Below are positions 38,766 to 52,664 of a stretch of 64,000 bases of DNA, piece by piece. The notes below the pieces were generated by a model. That model worked only from the letters and a program-made list of their open reading frames with translations. It had not been told where the DNA came from and ran no database searches. The DNA is taken from positions 16,074,550-16,138,549 of the forward strand of contig NC_057750.1 of NCBI RefSeq assembly GCF_004010195.1, read 5' to 3'. Made by a program: the position numbers and the translations under genes. Source of the stretch: Chiloscyllium plagiosum. Its lineage: Eukaryota. Within the stretch, counting starts at the first letter, position 1. Every line of letters begins with the position of its first letter.

Positions 38766-40287
38766 GTACTGAACATGATATGCATTTTTCTGCAATAATG
38801 TGCCTGAATGTGTTTTTTAAAATCTGATCATCTTTCATTATCAGGCAGCAGTTTTAATAGTTATTTTCAACCAACCTGTTTACATATGAAACAGGGACAT
38901 TTGCACCTGGGCCTTCTGGCTCTGCACTACAAGAACCACCAGCATAGTTATAGTAATGAATGTTTGCGATATCTTCTCAACTTTGCAATCTTTGTTTTGT
39001 GAAACAATTTCCACGTTTTTTAGGAGAATTGCATTTGCTAATGATTTTTGTGAGGGGATAAACAGTTTGAGAATTTGAACAAATTTACCTTAAATTTGAG
39101 ATCCTCTGTGCTTGAAATTTGATGTTTCACTAAATACCTTAAAAAAATAATTGTATAATATCTCTTTGGAGTATGTTCCTTGAAATTTGTGCCATTTTCC
39201 AGTCACTCTGTTGACACTATCGACACATTGCTGTGTGCAAGAAGTGAGTGCTTATTTGATTTTTGAAGTGGAAGAAAAATACTAATGGAAGAGAAATTTA
39301 TAATTTATTTCAATGAGCCAGTTTTATTCCTGTTTATGCTGACTTAAGACTTCACATTAATGGGTGCATGTATAACTGCCATGGGAAGCAGGATATGCCC
39401 AACACACTGTGAGCACTCAGCTTGGACTATTTTGACTTCATACCTGTTGTGGTCTGACTGCCAGATGGAATTTAAAAGGTTTAGATACTTCATTGTCACC
39501 TTGTTTTTATATTAAGGTGGTGGCAAGTTAGCTCATGCTTGTTTACGGCAGCATTCAGATGACTGTGTGAAAACCAAGAGACTTGATGTTGTAATTTTTT
39601 TGTTCTTTTATAGCATGTGCGAAGCTGGTAAAACCAGTTTTTATTGTCCATATCTCCACAGATCAGTGACTTGCTAGGCCAGCTCGGACAATTAAGAATC
39701 AACCACATTATTTGGTGTCTGGATATTCTCATCACTTTTAATTATAATAGACTTTTATTCTAAATATCTTTTAATAATCTGAATTAAAATTCCCTAGTTT
39801 GACCTCCTCAGTCTGGATAACCAACCTAGGCCTTTGGATTATTAATGTGAACATACCCCTCTCTTATCCAATCTAGCAGTCTGACCAAACAAAAACCGAA
39901 AGTGTTAAAGTAAGTCAGCAGGAATGGGAGCATCTGTGGACAGACAAACACAGCTAACCTTTCAAATCCAAAGACTCTTCAGTTCTGAAAGAAGTGTCAC
40001 ATCAGACCTGCTGAGTTTTTCCTGCTGATTTTTATTACGGATTTCCAATATCCACCTTTGTATTGCAGTCTGTGCATCCTGGCAGATGTGATTTTTGTTT
40101 GGAAGTGATACAAATATTTTAAAGTTTAAAGTAATGCTGCTTAAAATGTTTTCTCCCTAACAATTCATTTGGTGGTACCATTGCCATGCTCATGAGAATT
40201 ATTTCCAAATAAATAAATGCACTGCTTATTTGAACTTGAATGTTTGTTTAAAATATCAGAAAAATTGCAATTTGCTCTTTCTTTTAA

Positions 40288-40407
<120 letters not shown>

Positions 40408-40455
40408 TAGTGCAAACATCAAATTTGCCCTCTCTGCTGGTCTGTTGTGTCTTAG

Positions 40456-40675
40456 TCGAAAGTTGTGACGCTGGAAAAGCACAGCAGGCAGGCAGCATCT
40501 GAGGAGCTGGAGAATCGACATTTGGGACATAAACCCTTCATCCCATTACTGATGAAGAGCTTATGCCTGAAATATTGATTCTCCTTCTCCTTGGATGCTG
40601 CCTGACCTGCTGTGCTTTTCCAGCGCCACACTTTTCCACTCTGTCCTCCAGCATCTGCAGTCCTCACTCTCCTCC
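40456..40675. mobile_element. Palindromic Penelope-end mini-element with a 14-bp TSD
   Basis: Inverted arms meet at ...CCCTTCATC ccatta CTGATGAAGAGCTTATGCCTGAAA; CTGTTGTGTCTTAG at 40442-40455 and 40676-40689. Confidence 0.82.
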
Positions 40676-43134
40676 CTGTTGTGTCTTAGATCAATGTAGA
40701 TGATTTTATAAACAAACTATATGAAATAATTAGCCTTTGCATTCAGCTTTCATCTGTATGTTCTCATTACATGTAGTAACTGAAAAATGTAACAGTTGGT
40801 TATAATGCCTCCACTTCTGTTCAAAAATTAAAGGGCTCACAAGTTAGAAGCTAATTCAATTAAGATTGTTACTGGTATTCATGTTAGTAACTTACATAGG
40901 TGCATGTTACGACTATACAGCCAGAAGTGTTTATCAGAGCCGAGTTAATCACTTTGTTCATACCTACAATAACTCATTTACTCGTCCTGGATGAGGTTCA
41001 GCAGCCATGGTTTCAGATGTTAACCAGTTGCTTTCTCCAAGCATTATTTTAAAGACAAACTATTTTAAAGGTCATATGTCTATGCTTTTGTCTCTGTTTC
41101 TATCCCATGTGGTTATTCTCTCCCTTTTGTTATCTACTGTTTGCCTTCACTCACATACTTTAATTTTTTACTTCCTTTTTCTTTAAGTCTCTCCATCATG
41201 TCCGCACCCTTTAATCACCTGTTTTCTCTAACACTTGTACTTTACCTAGAACCACTTTATTCCTAGAGTTAATGTAAAAGGTGACTGGGAGGCAAACTGC
41301 ACCTGGCAGTAGGAGTGAACACATGGACTGAGCCAGGTAGCCTTTCTGACCCCATGTTCAATTTAAAAACATGGCATGGTTCTGTACCAATATGTCGAAG
41401 AGTTACTACAAACCTCACAGGCAAGAAGAAGCAAGAATAGTAAATAAAACTGGGAAGTCTTAGAAGCTTAATTTGGTATCTTTGTTTTGAATGAAACATT
41501 TAAGTGAGACCCTCTCCACTTGTTCAGGTGAATATAAAAGTGCAATGATATTTGGGTTATTTTCTAAAAGGATGTGATTAAATGAAAGGGATCTATCCCT
41601 CATGCTTATCTTTATAGAAAGCTATCTACAAACCCAACTTTCTGTATATATGCACCACAGTAATCGGTTTGAGGTCACCAAGCAGGTAATCTAGTTGTAA
41701 GGATTGTGATTCAGCAGTAATAAAACTGTTAAAAGATTTAATAACATAGGCTTCATCTCTGATCTTTCATGTTATTACGTGTTGTCAAATTACTGGTGTA
41801 ATGTTTATGCTTAACTTCAGTGAACATATAAGGGGCTCCTGAAATTAAGGGCACTAAAAGAAGTGTGTCACTTTTTCGCTTTCTAATACCTGTTAACCCA
41901 TTTACCTGATGCATCCGTATTTGTCTCTAGATATGTTTCTAATGTAGCAATTTATTGTATCTTTGTATCTAAGACAGGACCTGGAATACCTGAAGCAATC
42001 TTCGATTAGAGACAATAATAGTTTTTTATTTTAAAAAAATTGAAAAAGCAATCTCTGCTGAACAAACTTATTCCAAGTGCCAAGAAACTTTCTCCAATAT
42101 GGCCTATTCTACACAACATCTGTTACCATGTGTACTATGTTGTGATATTTCTCTGCTATGAATTCTATTCAGCTGAATATTTTAAATGTAATTACAAGCA
42201 GAAGGACCAACTGGCCTGTTTCTCTCTTTATATGCAAATGCAGAAGATGCAAAATGTGCCGCTCATCAGTTGCATTGTTTTATTTGTAGTTTCAGTTTAG
42301 TATGCTATGCTGTCTGCTTATGATTCTGCTTCCCCTATACGGGTCAGAACAAACAGGCCATAGTATAACCCCATACTTCCTTTAGCACCAATTTAGTTTT
42401 TTGCCCCACTCAACTTCTCTGATCTTGATTTCCTGCACTGTTAAAGTGAAGGTCAGTGTAAGCTCAGGAAGCAGCATCTTATCTTTCAACTGGGCCACTT
42501 ACAGCCTTCTAATCTTCACCAGGAGTTCAACTATTTCAAATGACCTCTGTCATTTTCAAAAGGACAAGTGCTGGATATTTTTTATTTACATCTTATTTTG
42601 TCACATATTTCTTGTCCCATTATCACTTTGCACCATCATTCCTTTTGTTATTTCACCTCTCCTGTTTTGCTCTTGCCTCCCATCCCCCTTCCCCTACTTT
42701 TATATTTACTTTAAATTAACCAAAGACTCAAATCATTAATTTCATTTCTCCCTCCACAAATGCTACCTGACTTGATTATATCCATCCATTTTTATTTTTG
42801 CTGGATTTTTCTGTTTCCCATCTAGGGGTTCTAAGCTGCATTGACCAGAATTGAGAGTTTGACCCTATGTGACCTTCTAGTTTAACTGATCTCATCCCAG
42901 GGCAACAGCCACTGCTGCGTTTCGCCTTTGTGCTGAAGTTTGTTTACATAACAAAACTAGAGTTTCGATTATGGTCTGAAAATTTTTGACCGAAAATGTC
43001 TGAGCCGAATTTGTCATGTTTATTCAAACCTCTACCTGTATTCTAATTCTTACCAAGCCTCATTCACCCGTCATCAATGTGTTTCCTGACCTATACTGGC
43101 TCCAGTCAGGGAACTTAAAAGTTTTATTTAATGT

Positions 43135-43745
43135 TTTGGGTCCAGTGACCCTTCTCCAGAACTGATGGTAGCTGGGTAAAGATTGTTATTTATACAGAAG
43201 ACAGAGTAGGTGGAGGGTTGAGAGTAAATGATAGGTGGGTCAGAGCCCAAAGGGAGAGAAAAACAGTGCGATAGACAAAGGAGTGGTTAAAGGTCAGTTT
43301 GGGAGAATGAATAAGTGCTAATGGGGGTGATTAGCAGCTGACAATGGGTTATGCATGGTAGCAGCCCATGCTATGACAAGATCTAGTGTGTGGGGAGGTA
43401 GGAGGAAGGATGTGGCCTCAACCCCTAAAATTGGTGAACCTGATATTAAGTCTAGAAGGCTGCAGAGTCCCCAAGTGGAAAATGAAGTGCTGTTCTTTTA
43501 GCTTGCGCTCAGCTTCACTGGAGCACTGCAACAAACCTGAAACAGAGATGTTGGCCAGGGAACACGCTGGTGTGTTGAAATGGCTTGTCTCCCCGACCTC
43601 CACGCATGAGTTGTTGTCATCACATGGGCTGTCAGCCTTTAGTAGCCTCCAGTTGTAACTATTTATTATCCCAGGCTGACCTTTAATCACCCCTTGTCTA
43701 TCCACCTATTTTTCTCTCTCTTTGAGCTTTATCTCCAACTATTAT
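43135..43745 (-). mobile_element. Degenerate Penelope-like 3' fragment with a partial inversion
   Basis: The - strand reads HFNTPACSLANISVSGLLQCSSEAERKLKEQHFIFHLGTLQPSRLNIRF (GIY-YIG C-terminus). 43610-43745 is an inverted copy of roughly 43230-43380. Confidence 0.75.
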
Positions 43746-45466
43746 TGGGTTTTTAAGAAGAAAAGTCAAAAATGCAGAGAAACTAAAGCAAGAAGAAAAT
43801 TTTGATTTGTTGTCGCCCTTACTTCCTAAAATGAGTATTTTTGAAAGTTATTTCGGCTACCATTTTTTGTTGTTTTTCTAAATTACTACCTTTCCAATTT
43901 AAACTTGCGACAGTGAGGGATACCTACAATACATAACATCCACTCCTCCCACCACTGGCAGTCATTAGCAACAGTGTGTACCATGTACAAGATGTACTGC
44001 AGAAATTCATCAAAGATCCTGAGACATCACCTTTCAAACCTACGACCACTTCAATCTAGAAGGGCAAGGATAGCAGAAACATAAGAACACCAGCACCCTA
44101 AGATCCCCTCCAAGCCACTCACCATCCTGATTTGGAAATATATCAATTTTCTTCAGTGTCACTGGGTCAGAATCCTGGAATTCCATCCCTAATGACACTC
44201 CAGGTGTACCTACAGCACATGGACTGCAGCAATTCAAGAAAACAGTTCACCATCACCACCCTCTTAAGGGCAGTTCAGGATGGGTAATAAATGCTGGCCT
44301 AACCAGCAATAGTCATGTCCCATGAATCAGTAATGAAAATGCTTGAAATATATTCAGACTGCTTTGATAAATGATTTCAGCTTCTTTTACTTCAAGCTGA
44401 CCTGCACTACTGGAACTTTCAAGCACAGAGTGTAGTAATATGTACAGTCATCCTGTACATCGACTATTCAGATACTTCGAATTGATAATGCTCAAAGTTA
44501 TTGTTGGTATGCGTTTAAAAACGGCAACATATTCAGGTAATGGTGTCCAGTCTTCAGGGAGTTGTGATCACCTCAAGGTATCTACTGAATACTCAATGCA
44601 AAATATTTAAATTGGACCATTAAAACCTGCTTTAATATTTAAGACAGACTTATTATTTAGAGTTTATTTCTTAAGCTCAGACTTCAGTATTCTATTCTCT
44701 GTAAGTTAACAATTTGGAATTAAGTTGGAGCAGACGCATGACGTGAGCTGTGGCGAGGTTACTGCTAATTGGTACATTAAATAGATTTTTTAAAAATCTT
44801 AGGAGAAAAGTGCTCTTCCTTCTGTCTGCAAGTCCTACAATGTTAACCTGATAGCCCCTATTATGTAAACCATTGCAATTGCTGTGTCAATCTGAGCACT
44901 TCATATTTGCAAAGGCAGCAGGTTTTTTGATAATGAGGTGTCCCTAGAATGCAGTTTTTGAAGACTCTAGCAGTTGTGTTTCTATTTTTAAAAGTTTATG
45001 TTCATCAATTAACTGGTTATCGCTGTGATTAATTGTCAGCAAGATATAGGATTTGCACTTTCTTTCTACTACCACGGAATGTGCATTAACAGATAAATGA
45101 AGTATCAGCTTTCCTCCCTGTATGTAATGCATCAGCCATTGATGCATGTGGAGTAAGATACCAATCACCCGTGCTTGAAGAGATGAGTAGGGTTCATGTT
45201 TAAAAATCTAGTATGTTTTGTTTTAATCAGGCCTACTATACAGTATCTAGTATAAGGGTAATTTAGCATTTCAGTTTGAGTGCTCTCTCTTTGAAAACAT
45301 GTCCATTTTGCCCTTCTATGTGTTTCATTTCTGTTTTTAATGTACATCATACATTCCTGCTTATGTGCCATGTTTTAATTTTGTCCTTACATTTTTGTTC
45401 CCCGTTCACCATGTGATTGATTTTGGTGGTATTATTTGGCTGTTTACTGTGTTGCCTTCTGAACAG

Positions 45467-45478
45467 AAGAAATTGAAG
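45467..45478 (+). CDS. SUPT5H: SUPT5H 12-nt microexon (EEIE)
   Basis: ctgaacAG|AAGAAATTGAAG|GTacgt, phase 1 to 1. Supplies the EEIE expected between ...ILDK and ASNID... in vertebrate SPT5. Confidence 0.88.
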
Positions 45479-46392
45479 GTACGTGCACAATTCTGCATAT
45501 TGTTTGATATTAATGCAAATTAGTCTATTGATCATAATTATTTGAGGCTTTGAAATTGCACCATGTGAATATTAACTACATTCCTCTGTTTTCCATTGTA
45601 ATTTATCAATTTGTGTAAACATTTCTATTAACCCTGAGACTCATCATATCTGCAGTATGCTGTACATTTATTTGGACCAACACCAGTTGAATGTTAAAGA
45701 ACCATGCAAACTTGTGATGTTCCATCACTAATCTTAACATAGTGGAATTTCAAGGTCAAGTGTGCATACGTATTCTTCCTTGCAGTTGATTTCATTTAGG
45801 CTGTTATTTAAAATTATATGATGCACCACATTGATCCATCTAATTATCCTTTGCTTTCCTGCAAGAACATTGTCGACCTCGTAATTTCATTTGCTTGGTG
45901 GCTGTTAAAGTAATAGTCCAGCTTTCACGACTACTTCATGAAATGCAACAATGCCGCTTTGTTGGTACATAGCACCTTAAAGTCATAAAGTGTCCCACTT
46001 CATAGAAGTCTTGTAACTCAAAATTTGATACCTAACCACAAACTGATACTAGGGAGGAGCCAAATGCTTTGTCAAGGAGGTGTGTCGTTATGAGTATCTT
46101 AAAAAGGATTTGTAGAGGGAATTCCAGAGCTTTAGAGCCTGGGCAGCTGAACACATGACCACTAATGCCAGAAGGATGGGAATGGGGAATGCTCAAACTG
46201 CCCGAATCAAAGAAATATGAACTTCTCTGATAGCTGTGGGGTTAGAGGAGATTACTGACAGAGAGAGAGAGGCTTTGGAAACATTTGAAAGCAAGAATGA
46301 GAGTTTTAATATTAATTTGTTTTTGAGACAAAGTTGATCAGAGAGCACCAGGGTGATAGGTGATATGAGCTTGGTGCAAGTACAAGGGAAAG

Positions 46393-48550
46393 CAGGTGAT
46401 GGTATTATTGCTGGACTGTTAATCTAGGTAATGCTCTGGAGACCCAGGTTGGAATCCCGCCATGGTAGATGGTGGAATTTGACTTCAGTAACAATCTGGA
46501 ATTAAGAGTCTGACAGTGACTATCGTCGATTGTCAGAAAAACCTATCTGGTTCACTACTGTCCTTTAGTGAAGGAAACAGCTGACCTGGTCTGGCCTACA
46601 TGTGACTCCAGACTCTGTAAAGTAGTTAACTCTGAACTGCTCTCTGAAATGGTGTAGCAAGCTATTCAGTTGTAACAATCACTAGAAAATCTCAAAAAAA
46701 CTCAAACCAGGCAGACCACCTTGCACTGTCCTAGGCATTGGAAAGAATAACAAAAAAACCATATCGACCCTGCAAAGTCTTCCTTTCTAATATTTTGGGT
46801 GTGTCTAGTATTAAAATTGGGAGTGCTGTCTCACAAACTAGTCAAGCAACAGATCCAGATTCATACCTTACAGACAATATCCCAGATGCTACCATCACTA
46901 TCGCTAGATAGGTCCTGTCTCACCAGTGGACCAGGCCCAGCAAAGGTGGCAGCATAGTGCTGTACCGTCAGGAGGAAAGTTGCCCTTGGAGTTCTCAGCA
47001 CTGGCTCCTGACACCAAGCTATCAGGTCAGACATGGACAAGGAATCTTCCTGCTGATTACCATGTTGCATTCATCATTCATCCTTGGTACATCAGTACAC
47101 CTCCATAATGAATACTACCTAGAGAAAGTATTGAGCTCTGCATGGCGTGAATGTTCTTTGACTGGATTTCAATGTCCACACGGAGTGGTTTGACTACACT
47201 CAGCAGCTTTACTGATAGAGTCTAAAGAGCATAGCTGGTAAACTGGGTCTTCTGCAGTAGGTGGTGATGGAAAAATATACTTTACTTCTCTTTACCAATC
47301 TGCCATCTGCAGATGCATCTGGCCATGACAGTGTTGGTAAGAGTGACCAGCACACAGTCCTATTGGAGACAAAGTCCTGTGTTTAGATTGGTATTACGTT
47401 ACATAATGTTGTGTGACACTATTACCATGCTAAATGAGACAGACTTTGAATGGATCAAGCCACTGAAGACTGGGCATCCATGAGGCTGTGTGGACCATCA
47501 ACAGCAGCAGAATCATTTTCCAACGCAATCTACAATCTCATGGCCTGGCGTAGCCCCAACTCCACAATTACCGTCAAGCCAACGGATCAACTCTGGTTCA
47601 ATGGAGAGTGCAAGAATGCATGCCAGGAGCTTGTACCAGGCATGCCAAAAGGTGAGGTGTCTGCCTGGAGGAGCCAGCAAACAGGACTACTTGAGTTCCA
47701 AATGGCATAAGGAGCCGGTTATAGACAAAGCTAAGTGATTCCATAAACAATGGGTCAGGTCTAAGCTCTGCAATCCTGCCACATCAAGTGATGAATCATG
47801 GTGTGCAATTAAACAACTCACTAGAGAAAGATGCTTTGCAAATATCCCCATCTCAATGATGAGGGAACCCAGCATTTAGTGCTAACGATAAGGCTGAAAC
47901 ACTTTTGTACTTCTGGTTGGAGATTGTTTTGAATTAAGGATGCATCTTGACTTCATCTAGAAGTTCCCAGCATCACAGATGTCAGTCTTCAGCCAACTCG
48001 ATTCACTCTGTAGTAGCAAGAAATGGTTGGAGGTATTAGATTGTGCAAAGGCTACAGGCCCTGTCCACCATCTACAAGGCATAAAACAGGAGAGTGATAG
48101 AAAACTCTCCACTTGCCTGGATGAGTGCATTTTCAAAAACACTCAAATGATACGATCAGTGACACAACCTGCTTGATTGTCCACATCCTACACCACCAAC
48201 ACTTAGTAGCAGCAGTATGTACTAACCATAAGGTACACTGCAAAAATTCATCAAAGCTCTTTGTACGATCCTTTCACACCCACAACACTTTCATTCAGAA
48301 GGACAAGGGCTGTAGATACTTGGGAAAACCACCACCTGCAAGTTTCCCTCCAAGCCACTTGCCATCCTGACTTGGAAATATATCCCACAGTGTCATTGGT
48401 TCAACATCCTAGAATTCCTTCCCTAACAATTTTGTTAGTCTCCGTACAGCATGGAGATTTCAGTGACTTAAGAAAGCAGCTCACCACCTATGGATGGGCA
48501 ATAATAATGCTGACCAAGCTAGCAACGCTCACATCCAATGTGTGAGTAAA
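46393..48550 (+). mobile_element. Decayed LINE of unassigned clade that starts with the older SINE head. Related pieces at ~23080-23372(+), ~43930-44335(+), ~54540-56345(+) and ~59745-61320(-)
   Basis: Endonuclease-like remnants (GQGIFLLIT.., DFNVH), and a 3' block shared among the copies: CAAGATGCACTGC...CCATCCTGACTTGGAAATATATC...GGGCAATAAATGCTG. Confidence 0.6.
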
Positions 48551-50669
48551 AAAGAAGATAGACAACAGAGTTTTTGATAATCTCTAGTTTATGATGGGTA
48601 GAACAAAGGAGGACAATTGAGTATGTTAGAATATTAAATCTGGAGGTAATGAGGCAAGCATGAATTTAAGTAGAGCTGAATTGAGACAGAGTCATATGGT
48701 GTTACTGAGGTGGAAATGGGCAGCCTGAATCATGGTACAGATGCACGATCAACAGACCAGCTTGAGACCAGTATGACACCAAGGTTATAAGTAATTGTGT
48801 TGAAGCCCAGTTGGTTGGGGGAAGCTAGAGAGCTGGGTTTGTAGTGGGAACTGAAGACAGCAGAGGAGATTTAAATTTATTATTTCATCGGAGGAATATT
48901 CTGCTCATTTAGATCAGGTAACCACTCTGACAATTTAGGGACAGTGGAGAAGTTGAAAGAATGATGGTCTGGTAGAAACTAGGTATGGTCAACTTACATG
49001 AACAGTAACTCCATTTATTCAGGTCATGAGTCAGACTGAGTAAGATTAGACACTATCATAGCAAGCATCTGAATCTTTAGTCTCCCCTGACATATCCACA
49101 GCTTTTTAAAGTGAACAGAATGCAATAGAAAGCAAACATGAGATGATATGTTGCACTTGGTCTTCTTTGTTATCCAGTGTAGTGTGTTTGTAGATGCTTC
49201 ATGGATACAGCGTTCTATTCTTAATCCTCTTTACATCATTCACTCTTCACGTAGGTGGACAGCACGCTCCAAACTACTTTTGTTCTACTTTGCTTTTGTC
49301 TGTTTGAGAGCAGGCGAGGGTTAGCTGTCTTTGTTTTGCTTTCTTCTCTCACTGAGACACTCAACATCACTAAGTTGACTCCACAATAGGAACTCCCACC
49401 ATGGGGCATCACTTGTTGCACTGCCCACATTTCTTTCACAGGATACTGCTACTTGCTGGTCAATTCACAAATAGCTGAACAAATAGAGATTTTTGTTACA
49501 TCCACCTCAGTGTTAGAATCTAGCCTGTGCAAATATGTCACATTTGGAAATCTGGGTTCTTTTTGATTCGTATGGTGATAAAGGCATCTTGAGCTTCTTA
49601 TTCAACTTCTGCTCTGTTGTTTTAACTGAGATCTGATTTCATTGGTTGGGCATAGCTGTCAAGCCCATAGAGCTGGGATACAAATCAAGCACGTTAATTG
49701 CTATAGCTGCAGGGTTGTTGATATTTAAATACGCTGGCGAGAAGGACAAAGTACTATTTCTCCTCCGTTCAATGTCGGACAGTTGACTAACTGGCAAATT
49801 CAAAAGACCAAGTCTTCTGATTGATTGATTGCTTCCAAGTGTTCTCTGAAGAATGAGTTTGCATATGTTAGAAAATAGGGTTGAAGTTTCCAAGACTACC
49901 TATTAGGAGCAAATTAGTACAGATACTGGAATCTGAGTCAGAGTCATGGATGCTGTCCGACCTGTGTGATCTCCAGCATTTGTTGTCTTCAGTACCTATT
50001 ACTGAGTATGTAGTACTTCCTGTAGGTGAGATATTTCATCTGTTACTGTTTGTGGTGTTAAATAACTTCCAAATGGGAATTGTAGTTTAGTCCATGCAAC
50101 CACAGTGTAAATGTGTTGTGTTTCCACATAACATGTACAAAGAAGTTTGAAGCTTTGGAGCTTGTGGAAGAGTTCAGTTAGTCAGCAACCATCAGCTTCA
50201 GCCAAAATCAGCCAAAAATAATGAAAAACTCTAGTTGTCAATGGCAGTCAATTACATTACATTTCTACCTGTAGGTACCATTTTAATTAAAATCTTTTAA
50301 AGTTAGTAAGTTGTTTTTCTCTTGTGTCCAATTTTAAAATGAAAATTTAGGGATGTGACTTCATTAGACTTTCCCAAATGTAATTTAGCATTGACACTTT
50401 GCTTCCATTTTGTCTAAAAATGCTTTCTAATTGACTAAGTGGTGAGACTTGTTCCTGGATTTTGTTTTGAGACTGAGTTTATATTTAGTTAATGGGGCGT
50501 CTTTGATACGTATACCTTTATATACATTGAATTCTTGTGTTGATAAGGGAATTATAACTTGGAAAGGACAAAAGTTGAAAGTTTAGTCTTGTTGTAATAT
50601 CTTAGTTGACAAGGAGTTAATTTGTCTGTTGTTGCATTGTGTCTTCATATTCTTTCTTGTACTCTGTAG

Positions 50670-50739
50670 CCTCCAACATTGACAACTTGGTCCTTGATGA
50701 AGATCACTCCGGGGCAAGACGATTGCTGAACCATTGGAG
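50670..50739 (+). CDS. SUPT5H: SUPT5H coding exon 5 (ASNIDNLVLDEDHSGARRLLNHWR)
   Basis: 70 nt, tgtAG / GTaaac, phase 1 to 2. Confidence 0.95.
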
Positions 50740-51305
50740 GTAAACTCCACCTCCCCCACTCTTAAATTTGAGGGATATTATCTCTGATTATCCCCCTTAC
50801 TTTTAGCCAAATAAGTGTATAACCTAGACTTCCAACAAAATTGGCCTGAGAATGATCCTCTTAGCTTTACTTTTGTTACCTTGTCTTAATGACTGAGACA
50901 AGATGAAAATTATGTTCTCACATACAATGGATTATAAATTTTCATTGTTCAAATCCTTGTAGTGCAAAATTAACTGTGGGTCTGGAGTCACATCTTGAAC
51001 AGTAGATTTCCTCCTCGAAAGGGCATTAAAGAACCAGAAGGACATTTAAAGCAATTTAGTGATTTTGTGGTCAATTATTGGTGGGGTTTTTTAAAATTCC
51101 AGATTTATTTAATTCAAATCCTCCAACTGCGGTGGTGGGATTGAATTAGTGTTTCTAGGTCATCAGTCCAGACCTCTAGGTTTACAGCCCAGTAACTTAA
51201 CTATTACATTGCTGTGTCTCTGAATATGTCAGGTAATTTTATAATACACTGTAAGTTATGGTACCTATTTGAATGATGCAGCTAATTATTCAATGCATCT
51301 TGCAG

Positions 51306-51374
51306 AGACAAAAGAGAAGAGGAACTTGGCGAATATTATATGAATAAATATGCCAAGCCAACTGCAGGAGATCA
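51306..51374 (+). CDS. SUPT5H: SUPT5H coding exon 6 (DKREEELGEYYMNKYAKPTAGDH)
   Basis: 69 nt, tgcAG / GTaagt, phase 2 to 2. Confidence 0.95.
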
Positions 51375-52407
51375 GTAAGTATTCTGTTTCTTTTTAAAAA
51401 TTATTAAATGTTATGATTCAAAACTCATTGTATGGCTAAACTTTGGGGTGGATATATAGGAGTTTTGCTACTGTTGTATTGATCTGTCAGGAAAAGGGGT
51501 TGATTTTTATATGTAATGGATCTGTTTGGTTCGTGAAGAATAGGAAGCTGGTATGAAATGTCGAGGATTGGGAGAGCTGTTTGGCTGTACCATTGTGGTA
51601 GTTCCACATGGATTGTAGAAAAGATGAGACAAATAACTTGTTCTTCTAAGCTTTGTTGAGTGATAACTAAACTATCACTCATTTGGAGGGACACTTGTGA
51701 ACTATCCAGGATGAAACCAGAATGTCTAACACCCTCCCAATCAGGATTATGTATCAAGGTATTATTTTTTCTTAATACTTTGAGGGTGTCGCTGTAATTA
51801 GCCTTGAATGGGGTGGCTTACCTAGGCTATTGCAATTAAGAATCAGTTGTGTTGCTGTGGATCTGGAGTCACATAAGGCAGACCAGGTAAGGATGACAGA
51901 TTTCCTTCCCTAGAGGGCATTAACATAACATATTGATTTTCACAACTGTCAATGTTTCTGTGGTCACTATTACTGGTGACAAGCTTTCGATTCCAGACTA
52001 CTGAATTGAATTTAAAGTTCACCAGATTTGGGTCTATGTCCCCAAAGCAATAGCCTGGTCCTCTGGATTGCTAGTCTGGTGACACTGCCCTCGCACTACT
52101 GGCTCCCCTAGCACAGAGCTCTTAATATTAGAAGTCTGATTGTATTTTTGTGGCTCCAGAGGTTTTCAGCTGATTGCCCTTTCATACAAGACCGGGCAAT
52201 AGTGACCGTAGACCAGGGTTGAAACTGGCCGACTGACAAGAACGCAGAACTGTGATGTTTACTCATAGTCTGTTTTTTACATATTTAGGTATGAATGCAT
52301 TGCTATAATATATTGTCTCAGCTGTTTTTGACTGGCCTTGCCAAGCTTGCTCTGATCCCGTACCATGTGCGTGGGTGAGACTCACTTTGTGCAAGGTGAT
52401 ATTCTGA

Positions 52408-52512
<105 letters not shown>

Positions 52513-52633
52513 TAAGTGATTCTTTGATTAATTGAACTTTACAAAACTTGAAATGAATATCATTATATTGACCAAAACCTGCATATGTTCTCTCAACTAA
52601 TTCTGTTTTGTCTCTCTCCCTCGATTTGCACAG

Positions 52634-52664
52634 AGATCCTAACTTGTGGACTGTGAAATGTAAG
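52634..52664 (+). CDS. SUPT5H: SUPT5H coding exon 8 (DPNLWTVKCK; start of NGN domain)
   Basis: 31 nt, cacAG / GTatgg, phase 2 to 0. Confidence 0.96.

Noticed and set aside
38540..38838. Minus-strand poly-Ser and poly-Leu/Phe ORFs
   Set aside because: Antisense shadows of the GAR tract in the SUPT5H exon.
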